From contig JAHLWZ010000417.1 of the NCBI GenBank assembly GCA_020536535.1, positions 1 through 64,000 on the forward strand: a stretch of DNA of 64,000 bases, written 5' to 3'. How positions within the stretch are numbered: position 1 is the stretch's first letter; every line of letters starts with the position of its first letter. The notes beneath the pieces were generated by a model. It was not told where the DNA came from, did no database searches, and was given only the letters and a program-made list of their open reading frames with translations. This document shows, piece after piece, positions 50,833 through 62,424 of this stretch. The DNA is from Pelomyxa schiedti. Taxonomy: Eukaryota > Protista > Evosea. The position numbers were made by a program, and so were the translations under genes.

Positions 50833-52092
50833 TCAGGAACATCTAACCGTAAATGCGACACCGCCGTTGTTGTTACTGTTGTTGTTGGATGTGGTGTGGC
50901 TCAGTGGAGGTAGTCTGTTGCGCGTTTCCGGTGGTGTGGTGATGGCGATCGTCGTTTGGGGAGGAGGGTTGTTGTTGCCGCGGAACCACGGCATAACCAG
51001 GCTCTCAAAAGCGCGATGGGGGTTTTTGAGGCTACTGGTTGTTGGCGAAGTTGATTGGTGTGGCTGCGGCTGCGACCGGGGCCCGGGGGTGCTGAGTCCT
51101 GGTGCGTTTGATAGAGGAGAAGTACTTTCTTGGGAGGAATCTCCGTACAGTGTGTGGGGATGATGTGGAGGGCTGGGCAAATTGCGAGCGAAAACTGTGC
51201 GATTGGGGGCTGTGGCTGGGGCTTGCTGCATTGTCCACTTTCTATGCTTGGGCCACAGTGCCATTGGTTGGGGAATGTTGGAAGGTGGTGAGAGAACAAA
51301 ACCGGGGGGTGGTGTTGATTGCCCTTTGAAGGATGGGCGTGGTGGTGACATGGTGGATTTGCATGCCATTGAGTGATGCTTGATATCGCAAGTCAGAGTT
51401 GGTGAAGTGCGACTGGAGCATGATGTTAAATCAGGCGAATCCGGAGTAGGCGGCGGGGCCGGGGGTAAACCCATAAGAATGCGCACAGGCCCATACAATA
51501 CGGGGCTTTGAAACTGATTTTGGTAAAACAGGTCACATAACGCAGTGAATTGGACTGACGGCCGTCGTTTAGTAAAAGCCTTCTCCAATTCCACGAGCTA
51601 TAAATACCAAGTAAGAATACACGCATTTTGGAGAAGCGGACTTACTCGGTACAGGTACTCAACGAATGGGGCACTTTGAGGAACTAACTGCTTAAGGAAA
51701 GTCGACGCGGCAGAGAGTTTCCAGCCCATTCCAATCACCATCCACGCAAGTACTACTACTACACTCTGGTTGAGCCCGGTATCACAAGTGATAACAGTGG
51801 GAGGAGACTTCGCCGCGCCGTCGCCGCCGATCACCTTGCTGTCAATAAAATCGAAGCACTGGGGCAGCACTTCAAACAAGTCCGGAACGCGGACTCTCTT
51901 GCCCTTGCATACACCATTTCTCGGCGCCATGTGCACCATCTTGATGCACCGGGAACTGCACTCGGCGTTCGCGGGCCTCTCTGAGCACAGTCTCAACCAC
52001 TTCACCCTCTCGTCTGACACATAGAATGGCTTGCAAATGGCTGTACATCCGAGGTACAGCACTCCGTTAATAACCGGTACGGCCGCTTGCAT
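50833..52092 (-). CDS. Dual-specificity phosphatase-like protein, probable pseudophosphatase
   Basis: VINGVLYLG, LPQCFDFID, VITCDTGLNQSVVVVLAWM, YLYR/LVELEK. Confidence 0.75.
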
Positions 52093-52382
52093 TTTAGATT
52101 TCGATTTTTTTTTTGTTTACCTGTTCTTTGTTGTTTACGCTTTTTTTCTTTTGGTGCTGCCATTCTTTTTTTTTCGTTGTCCTTGTAGGGTGACAGATTT
52201 CATTTCAGTGAGTGGCTTGATCATTATTCTGAAACAATTGGCTTCGAACCATCGGCACCTATATATGTATGTATCGATAGGGCAAGTTCACTGAAGTGTT
52301 GTGCAAAGAGTTCTTCATCACAGAAAAAAAACGATGCATTCAATGAAGGGATCATCATGATGAGATGGAGGGACGATTTCAA

Positions 52383-54474
52383 TTACGCTAAGGTGAAAAG
52401 CACCGTTTCGGGTACGCCTAGGACAACAAGTTCACCACGTTGGCTATGTGTGTATGGCATATCGGGCACGAGCTGCAGTGCAAGCTGCATTCACTATAGT
52501 AATGTTAATAAGGTGTGGGAACAAAGATACAGACCCGCAGAGTGCAAAGTGCAAACAAGGGTGGCACATGGCTTCACGTCTTCTGATACCACAGGCCATG
52601 CAAATGGTGACGCTGACCTCTAGGTCTCGCATCATTGTATCTGTTAATCCACCACTGGTTTCTAGTGAGGAACTTGTTTGGAGTGGGGGCGGGCTGGTTG
52701 AACCTGAGGAAGACGTTGTGAGGTGGGTTTGGGGTGGAGAAGTTACATGCGGAGGAACCTGGGGTGAGTATGGCGGTGGGAGTGGAGAAGACTGCGAGAG
52801 GAGGGGTGGAGTTTGATGAAATGAACTGGGGGACGTTTGCAAATGCTGTTGCGGAGCAGTAGATGGTGAGTGGAGAAATTGCGGAGAATCTTTTTGTTGT
52901 TGGCTTGGGGGAATGGCGTATGGTGAGTGGGAATGTGGGACCACAGTAAAATTAGAGAACTTGATGACTTTGTGGTGAGGCGATGTACCCTGACTAAAGA
53001 GGGGGTGTGGATACTGCAACACTGTTTGTAGGGGGAAACAGCAGTTCCTTGGATCATCGCGAAAAGGGTCATCTCCAAACAAATAAGCAAAGGCTCCATT
53101 TGGCCAGGTTGAGCTGTACTCCTGTCCACTTGGAGACCAAACTCTCTCTGAAGGGCGGATCCAACAAAAATACCTAGCACCCCCATCAAACAATTCCTTA
53201 ATTGAAACAGGTTGAAATCTTCCCTGTTTCCACAGGAGGTCAGTTAAGTCTAATGGCCACGGATGTGCAGCTCCAAATTCCATCACAGTTGTATATGATT
53301 TGTGACTCGTATTAGGCCCGCTTAAGTGGGAAGTGGCCGCTTGTGGGTGCGTTTGTGTACATCCTGTGCTTCCTGATGCTGCATGCTTGGATCTGTTTGG
53401 CTTTCCTATTGTAACTGAGTACAGTACTTGTCCTTGAACGTCAGTATAAACGAAGCCGCCAACAGATGCAAATGCGAGAACTGACTCGGACCTCAACGCC
53501 TTGCGATTCTTGATTTTGTCAGCGGTGGCTTCAGCTGGAACCCCTGAACTACCGCACATACCGGAGGAACTTCCTCTACTAGCAAGAAGTCTGGCAAATC
53601 CAGGGAGCGGGTAACACCACGCAAACGAAGCAGCTCTCTGCCGGATATGAGGCGGTAGAACGCGAGCATGCTCCGTGGTTAGTGCATTCCACGGGGATGT
53701 TGATCCCACTGTCCCAACGGCCTCGGAATCCACCCCGGTATTTGATGACATGGAACGGATAGAGTTCCCGCTTCTTCGAAGCAGCTGCAAGCGAGACAAC
53801 GATGACACTATCTGCGGAGATTCGGAGCCCCCAGTGGCATCCTTTGGAGAAAACGGCTGCAGAGACTGCAATAGGCGCCCCACGTCAAGTTCGTATGCAC
53901 AAATGTCAGGTATGACACTGTGAAACCACACTCCGGCTGGGACAACGTGGAACGGACCAAGTTGGTTTGGGAACAATGTGCGCCAATCAGGTAATGATGA
54001 CGTAGGTTGCATTTGCCCCAGTTCCAGTCCCAGTGATCCATCAAGAGACACTGGAGATTCTGACTGTGATTGGAACTGTGATTGTGAATTAGATTGAGTT
54101 TGAGATTGTGACTGCAGTTGTGGTTGTGGTGTGTTGAATGGAAGGGGCTGTTGTGAATGAGGGGGGATAGCGGTGCCCAAAGGGAGTTGTGGGAGGGACC
54201 TCAGGAGAAGCTGTTGCTGGGCAAAAACCTGATGCTGCACGAGGTTCTGTTGTGCCAGCTGAGCCTGCGTGGCCTGCAGTTGGTGAGCAAAAGGAGTTTC
54301 TGCTACCGGCGATGGCGGCGGCGGCGGTCGTCGCTGTATTGGTTCCAGTATTAGAGACCGCGGTTGTGGGTAATAAGGAGGGAGTGGTTGCTGTTGGTAC
54401 GGGAACTGGGGAATAGGGGGAGTTGACTGGACAATAGCAGAGGGATAGAACGGATAAAAATGCTGAGGGTACAT
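52383..54474 (-). CDS. Q/P-rich protein with C-terminal IAP-type RING finger
   Basis: Long ORF; CMAC..PCLHFALC/xEC..CPIC after a short intron. Confidence 0.75.
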
Positions 54475-54931
54475 CCGGCGGCCACGAAAGGGGAAAAAAA
54501 AGTGGTGTGTTGTGATCAACGTCCAACCTCGATCAATGGTTGGCTTGTTCCCGGTTACATGTCACAAATGATGGGAATGTTGTTTGTGTTCGGTTGGATG
54601 CCACCCACGTGGTTACTCAGAGGAAGGCCCGAATAGGTTCCTGGGCCCAGGCGAATCATCTGTGTGCTTTCACAGAAACAAAAACAAATAAAAGAAAGGA
54701 AAAACGAACCGAAGAGCAGGTACCCCGCCGGCATCGACCGAACAAAACCGAGATCTGTGCAGTACGCCACGGGAACCCCAGGACCAGTCACCACAAGATC
54801 TCGACAACTTTGTGTGCAGTGAGGACTCCATACTTGTTGCTGCGGATCTTGGTCGCGCGAGATCTGATGCTGCTGGTTGTTGTGACGGAATTGGCACGTC
54901 TAGAGGTGGTTTTGGGGTGACACGCAGATCA

Positions 54932-56679
54932 ATGGGGCGACCCGGATGCAGGAGTGCAGCTGGCACCCTCGTGGTTGTAAAAATCACCGAGAGGCAACGG
55001 CAGGAACAAGAGCGACTTCAGTTGCAATTCACTCAAAACGACCTCTTCTACAACTCTATTTGCAAGCGGAAGCTTAAGGAACATCGAAAGCATAGAAAAG
55101 CGGCTCTCGGTCGCTACTCGTTGCGTGATTTCGTCATTGCGGCACTTGCCATTGTTTTTGCCATGGCTGTAGTGGGCAGTTTGATGTTTATTGTAATGCG
55201 AATGACCAGACTTTCCAGCAACCCCCTAAGTATGGAAGATAGGGTTGTTATAGACAAACTCACATCCTGGGTTGCTGCCGCCAAGGCAAATAGAACAGTA
55301 TGTAACATCTTCCCTTGCAACTCTTTCGTAACTGAGTATTAATCTTTCCCAGCCTTTACAATACGTAATGGGCGTCGACATTGGCGCTACCAATACACGT
55401 GTTGCATTGCAACGTGTTGGGGACTCTGAAGTTGTTATTGTGAAAAAAATTCAAGCTGATCGGGTCAGCACCCTCATTTCCCAGCTGGAAACAGTCTCGG
55501 CTTGGTTGTTACCTCTAGTCAGAGGAATAGGTCCCTTAACTTCTTGCATGGATGCAGCTGGGCCCATTTCCCCCAACAGAAAGCAGGTGCACCACCACTA
55601 AACATCTGTGGTTTTTTTGATTACAGATAGGTTGAAATCACAAATTGGCCGGATAAAACCGATCGCACTCTTAATGTTGATACCATGAACCAAAAGATGT
55701 TTCCACCCGGCAAGACCCTTCTGCTCAATGACTTAGAAGCTTGTTGCTATGGTATTCTTGGTCTTAATGCTGCGGGTACATTGGGAAATTTCTTTGCTCC
55801 TTTGTGGTAAGGATGATTTCCCATTGGTGTACATTAACCGGGGGTAGGGGGCCAAATATGGATACTTTGCAGCCCTTCCACTGTAAGCAGTCTATTTTTC
55901 TTTGCATGCTTACATTTTGCTAGACCTCGTATTAGCAATGGGAACTGGTCTTGGTGTAGGCCTTCTCCTTCGTATTGGTAACGAGTTCAAAGTAGTGCCA
56001 GCAGAAATTGGTCACACTCTCGTAACCAGTTTTGGACCAACACATCCTGAACATGCCACAGATACAGCTCTGACTGAATGGCTTTCCACTAAACTGTAAT
56101 TACTGTCTTGTTAGAAATCAAAACTTACCTCAATGTAGGTATATGGGTAGACATGGTATTGAATTTGAGGATATATGCAGTGGCCGTGGTTTGGAGTGGG
56201 CATATGAGTGGGTTATTACCTCACATAATGCAACTGGTCTCGAAACCAGACTCCCAGCAGCTGCAAGTTGATACTATCCTTTATCCCTTCAATAACTAAT
56301 ATCGGAAAAACAACAACCTTCAGTTGCAGAACGTGGCTCCGCTGAGACCCCTTGCCTTTATGCTCGCGAAGCCCTTTGGCTACACTACAAATACTTATTT
56401 AGGGTTGCTCAGAACACGTGCGTTGGTGTACAAACTAAAGGTGTTATCCTAGCTGGTGATAACCAGGTTTGCCGTTCCCGAAACAACAAGCAACCAACCT
56501 TTCCACTACAGGTTAACAACCACAAATTTGTGCGTTCCAATGTGGCCCAGCTACAAGAGCAGTTTTTGACCCACCCCAAAAAAGGTTGGCTAAGCGGAAT
56601 ACCCGTTGTCCAACAGGAAACCAAAATCAACGTAAACCTTGTTGGCGCCCTTTATATGGCACAACAACATTCACACTAG
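54932..56679 (+). CDS. glk: Glk-family glucokinase with predicted N-terminal transmembrane anchor
   Basis: GVDIGATNTR, AAGP, EITNW, LLNDLEA, GTGLGVG, AEIGH, EFEDICSGRGL; TM exon joined in phase 0 via intron 55298-55352. Confidence 0.85.
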
Positions 56680-56772
56680 CTAGCTGTAACAATCTTTTTC
56701 TGTTGAACAAAAATAACATTTTTGGAACAACTTTTTTCGTTTTTTACAACTTTCTGTTCAGCGTCGAATGGC

Positions 56773-57527
56773 TCAATACTTGTTGCTGCGGTTGTGGTGT
56801 CCTGACGACGTCCTCGGGCGCTTTGAGTCATTTGGGTGAGCCTTTGCCTCCGTTGTTTGTGATCGTTTGCTGGGGGCATGTGCGTCGTCGTTCTTTGGTT
56901 TGCGGTTGTCACTGGAATGCAGCTGTCGTTGCCTCGCAAGCGTGTTGACAGCGAGTTGACGCACCAAGTCGTAATGTCCCGGCATTGATAATATTTGCAG
57001 TATTTGCTTGGCTGATACCCCAATTGTTCTATTGTAAGCTCGTCCCTTTTTTTTTTTTATTTATTCAATTGAACATTCGCTCAGCAAGTAGGGACCCATA
57101 CCCCTCCTGTCTCGAAACTCGTCAGCCTGAACACGTCCACAAAAGAGCGAAAAACTTCCCATTGATCAGGTGACAGTGGAAATTCTTCGGTTCTAGTCTC
57201 CTCCTTATCCACTTCGGCCACAACATCCCCTTGTACGATTTTGGCTATTGCCTCCTTCACCTGTTGTGTACATGCGGCGTTGCATATGTAAGGCAAAAAC
57301 GAGTAGATCTATGAATAGGCTCCACTTACCCTGACGATGTCTTGCTGTGTGATACTCTGGGGATGCTGCCAGTATGGGAGTAAATCTGGTCTTACAAAAG
57401 CGGATCTGGCGTTACGGTTCCACGCGTCGATGATGGCCTCACTGGGTACTTGGAAATCAGAAGGAACTAAGACGACAGCCGTTGCGGAGGAACTATTGCT
57501 AACAAACCCAACCGTGATCTTCACCAT
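56773..57527 (-). CDS. Small intron-containing protein with N-terminal KITVGFVSNSSS motif
   Basis: Three short exons; N-terminus MVKITVGFVSNSSSAT. Confidence 0.6.
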
Positions 57528-58085
57528 CTCTCTTTTACTGTCTTGCTTTGGTTTTTGACATAATTAATACGTCTAAGAAAGGGAGTATCCTGTGACATTT
57601 GTATTTGCCCGCCACCCATAATGGTGATTACACCTCTCCTGCATCCCATAATGCAGGCCTCTACTTCTGCTTACAATACTGCCAGGGACTCTCCTGGGAG
57701 CCCACACTTTCGCGCCAAATTTTTTAGTTTTGTAAGGAAAAAATTAGAAATTAATTACAATTAAAAAAAAAGTACAGAAGAGTGGCATTTGGATTTGGAG
57801 CGGTGCATTTTGGGAGTTTGGTATTTGGTATTTGGGGATAGAGTGGGAGTACTACTAATTAGCCTCGTGCTCAGCACCACCCTCACTCAGTGAAGAGGTT
57901 CCCCTACAAGCCACCATGATCATTATATTGACAGTTATGACTGAGAGTACTGGCTGCGTGGGCAAGTTGTGCCCTTTCGTTTTGATACTTCCCGGAAAGA
58001 ACCACTTTGAAGAAACAACTCGGCTACAACAAGCCCGTGAGAATAAACAGTTTGTTTTTTGAAAATAATACACAGCATCAGTCAC

Positions 58086-61000
58086 TTATGACTGGGGTGC
58101 CTTGAGCCCAGCACGTGTGCCCACAGGGGGTCTGTAGTCTTGTGGTAGTAGCCGACGTTGCAGTGCATTGAAGGCGTACTTATCCTTCAGAATGTTCTGT
58201 GTGGGGGGAAGGGGGTGGGTGATTGGGTTCGGAACACGTGCCGTTGTAGTTTAGAACTACTAACCTTGAAAGCATTTTCGCGGCGGACTCCGGAGTGTCT
58301 CATCAGGTTGGCGGCAAGTAGGACGGAATCGTCGGTCTCCAGTACACGATGCAGGCGGTAGAGAATTCTTGCTTGCTCCAAGGTCACGCTCATGCTTGTG
58401 CGATCCTTGGCACTCTTGCATGAAACGGCACGCCCGCCGTTCAATAGTCTAGTAACATCCGCAGCAGTTGTGAGAATGCGCACATTCTTTTCTCGGCGTG
58501 AAGTGGTCACGAGTTCCCTCAACTCTTCCATTAGGCCACCAAGATCATCTGGCCTGGTATCTGACCGTCGAGATGACCCCAAAGCCGAAGTGGTGGTTGT
58601 TGTGGTTGTTGTGGCTGCAGTCATGGTTGGAGTTGTGGGTGAAATTGGTGAAGTTGAGGTGCTGCCAGGCTTTGAGGATGGTGACTTTGGCTTAGGGTAA
58701 CCCAACTCAGGAGCTGATGGCGGAAAATTTGGTACCGGCAATGATATGGGGCTGCTCGGGGATGTCAGCGGCCTGCCTTTCTGCCAGCTGAGGAAATCTG
58801 ACACGTACAGGGATATGTAATCAACGGCATCCCTGTTGATTATTTCTTGCAACTCTGTATCACCAATTGCATTGGCAACTGTTTGTTGTTCATTGATTCC
58901 TTGTGTGAAGAGTACCGCTCTAACTTTGCATGTGAAGGAGTTTGGAATTACAGAGCTTGAAATTGGGAGCTGAATGGTAAGAGTCCAGCTGTTGTCATCA
59001 GATGGTTTAATAAAAAGTAAGCTGCCTTGGGTATCATATGCACTTGTTGGACTTAAGCAATTCACCTAGTTTCACATTATTTTTGGTTGAGAATGGTGGC
59101 CAAGTGTTACTTTTATGGCGAACTTTCTCAAAATGTTGATAACTCCTGCATAGTCACTAAGCATTACTGCTTCGCTTCCACTGGTGCTTAACAAGCTTTC
59201 ACACTGAAAAAGGAATCCAAGGGTGCAAACTTGGGCAACAAATTCGTCTATGTTGTATTCAAGAATATGTCTCTGTGCTTCAGCTAAAAAAGATTCGGCT
59301 AGTGCACAAGCTGCATGACAAAGAGTAACATCTGAACGCTCATGAAGGGATGCTCGGACTGACATTAACTGGGTGAGATGTTGCTTTGCAACAATATCGG
59401 GGGTGGTAGGAGGCAAAATTTCTGCAGAGAGACGATCATGCATTGCGGAAAGCTGCAGAACGCCAATGTGGTGTGGGCTTTTGGTTACATGTTGAGCTGT
59501 TGGAGCGCCAAAAGTAACTGTACTATAAGTCGCTAGGGGATCCAGCTTATTACTTGAAGTAGCGCATTGCTTGTCCACTTCACATGCATGTTGTGCAACC
59601 TGCCATGGAATAATTGAAATCCTCTGTGTATGCAGATTTAGAGGTACAAACCTAATTGATGTGAAAAAATTGATGAATAAATGGAATCCATACTGTAGGA
59701 GAGTGTCTCCCTTAAGTCGAGATGGATGAAAAGAAAATTCTATCAATCCTGATTTTCCATAAGAATCTATAGCCCTTTTCATTGACTCCAGATGGGAACG
59801 TGATTGAATTACCGTTTCTCCAAACTGTGTTATCATTGCTTCATATTGCTTTATTTGTTCGATGCTATAATAATTAGAAATCATTTCACGTGTTGGGATA
59901 GGAAATAGCAACCTTTGCACCAAGTTACTAACAGATGATCTGTCGTTCCCAACGGTAGAAAGCTTCCCTCTTGACAACTCTTGGCAAAACGCCTACAGGT
60001 GTCAGAACTAGTTGGAGAGAGGTCAGCAACCTCAATGACTGGCAGGTCTCTCTGTCTTGCAGGCATTAAGTACGAGAGAATCTGTTGAGGTAACTGGAAC
60101 GCAATGGGACTCTCAAACAGTTCTTCCACAACAACTACCTGTCAGAAGAGTAAGAATTGCCGTACATACAGAAAGAGGTACCTCAGGGCAGAAATGGTAC
60201 GCTCGAATAGTGCTTCCCTTTTCAAGACTTCGTGCTTCAACTTGAAATTCTCCGCAGCAATGGAGGCAGAACCTTGTTGAATCCCCTACTGCACCAAGCT
60301 GTGGTGGAGCCTTGTTGTGCTGTAGAAGTTCCAGCCTCACGTCAACTAACGATATTTCTTTCCCCTTCATCATGTCTCGGAGAGTACTGTGTTCAATAAA
60401 ATTACCTGGAGGTTACTTTCTTCTTCTTTGATATTGTAGAATCCGATTTTAAGTACTGCACAAGCTAAGTGAAGTGGAATCAATAGTAGAGAAATAAAAG
60501 CAACGGAGCTTGTGGACTATTTTCCCATCATAAAGAAACCCAATGAAAACAGAGTAATGACAAAACAAATGAACCTCATAAGCAACTTCAGTCCGGGAAA
60601 TTTCCTGGAGGTGAGACCCATCAAATTGATATAAAACTGCTAGAGGGTTTTGAAATGTATTGTGTCCGAGACTTACACTGATTGCTCTGATCATCTATGT
60701 AGATTAATTAATTGGCACTGGGACATGAAGTACAACCTGGGGAAGTTTTTTGGGGGGCGGTGGTATTGGTAGCATCTCCACCATCGCTGGAAGGGTATGT
60801 GATACCGCAGAGCCTTCAAGCCCAGAAGCTATATCAAGGAGAGAAGAAGTTCTGTCTGCCAAGATCAGTATTAATTGAAGTGAAATATGATAAATACGTG
60901 GCCTAGGCGGGCGCCGCCTCTTCCTCATGAGAATCAATAAAATTATGGACGAAGGGCATATCTTATCACAGAGTAAGCTACCAAAAACTTCGTGGTAAAG

Positions 61001-62180
61001 AGTACCTCTGGAACCCAAATTTGGAACAAATAAACAGTAAAATTTGGGGGAGATGCATAGGTGGCGACAAGGAACATTGCAAATGTTATACAGAAACTAA
61101 AAGCACATACAAGAAGGGCTGTCAACTTTTTTTTGTGGTTACTTTTCGACATAGACGGAAAGAAATTACCAACAGAAGCATTGTCCGTAGCCTCGCTTGT
61201 CCAATAGAATGTGTCTTTCTTAACTTTATAACAAATATGCTCAAATAAATCCCGAGAATGACATAAGCCATTGCACAGATGATACTATAGGAAACTGCTA
61301 TCGCTACAGTCGGTGCAAACAGGGAGTTATCTATACTACCCATTGTAGTTAAAATCACACCTTGTATTGTGCATTTGATTTGTATTTTTTGTGAGAAATG
61401 GAATAACTTGATATAGGTACTGTGCCACTCTGGCAGGCCATCACTATTGCAGAAGCCACTATGAACGTGTAAACTAGAGCACTGCATACCCACAGAGTGA
61501 CTTTAAATATCCTCTTTTTACCAACAGATATGGTGGTGACTTTGTAGAATCTTTGTAGGTTTGGTCCTTTTTCAAATAGGTGGAAAGATTACATGTAAAG
61601 GAGTACAATCAAAAATGTAGTCTCCCACGCACAGTGGGCCAGTCTATCAAGGCAATAATTTAGTCCAAGAGGGTCCCCACCACAAACTAGCACAACTGCC
61701 CAGGCAATTCTACCTTATAGAGAGTCACATATGGACTAGTGTTTGATTGGAAAAAAATGCTGGGTACATACAGAGTAAAAAAAATACCATTGAAAAATGG
61801 AAAACTTTCCTAGTGTATAGAGGTCTGAACATAAACTTCCTGCCACAACACATGTAACGTTCCGGTCGCTCTTCGACACCCGGAGGTGGAATTTCAAAGT
61901 TCTTAGTCTTTCTTCTTTTTGCCTCTGACTCGGCCAGCGTAATCTCCTCTGCCTCCTCTCGAGGAACAAGCAAATGACACAGCAACCTCCAAATGGCGAC
62001 ACCCAAAGTGATGATAAACAACAGCAAATTCGGTACGCTCAGTCGCAGATCTGGCGAATACAACGCGTGCTCGTCGCCGCTGTCGCTGTTACTGCTGCTC
62101 TCATTGTCGGCACCACTGCTAGATCCATTTACAAAATACGACACTGAAGTGCTGCTTTCGTAACTTAACGACCCGTTCAT
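58086..62180 (-). CDS. Predicted fusion: TOM1/GPR137-like multi-pass membrane domain, C2-like region and INPP4-type inositol polyphosphate 4-phosphatase
   Basis: CKSAKDRTSMSVT, LFTQGINEQQT, FQCESLLST, YAFNALQ; upstream TM helices ending WVPE/ICPSSIILLILMRK; three in-phase 42-44 nt introns link the two parts. Confidence 0.75.
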
Positions 62181-62424
62181 CAATGTTATTTTTTTTTTTT
62201 GTTGGCGTTCGCCTAACATTACTTTTCCGATGAGATCAGATCATCTTTTGGTCTTAGCTAAGATCAAAAAAGAGATGGAGGTACAGTACAAAGTAATACA
62301 AGTGCATTTTAAGTCATTATTACAACAGTTAGTAGTCACTACCACTATATTCTCCCAATCCTCACTCAATCTCCCAGTCCGGCCATCTCTGAAATCGGTC
62401 CCTGAACTCAGATGCCAGAGGATA

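Noticed and set aside
62245-62268. U2-like TTTTGG..GCTAAGATCAA
   Set aside because: Not followed by the GTGTAGTA branch-pairing sequence; a chance match.
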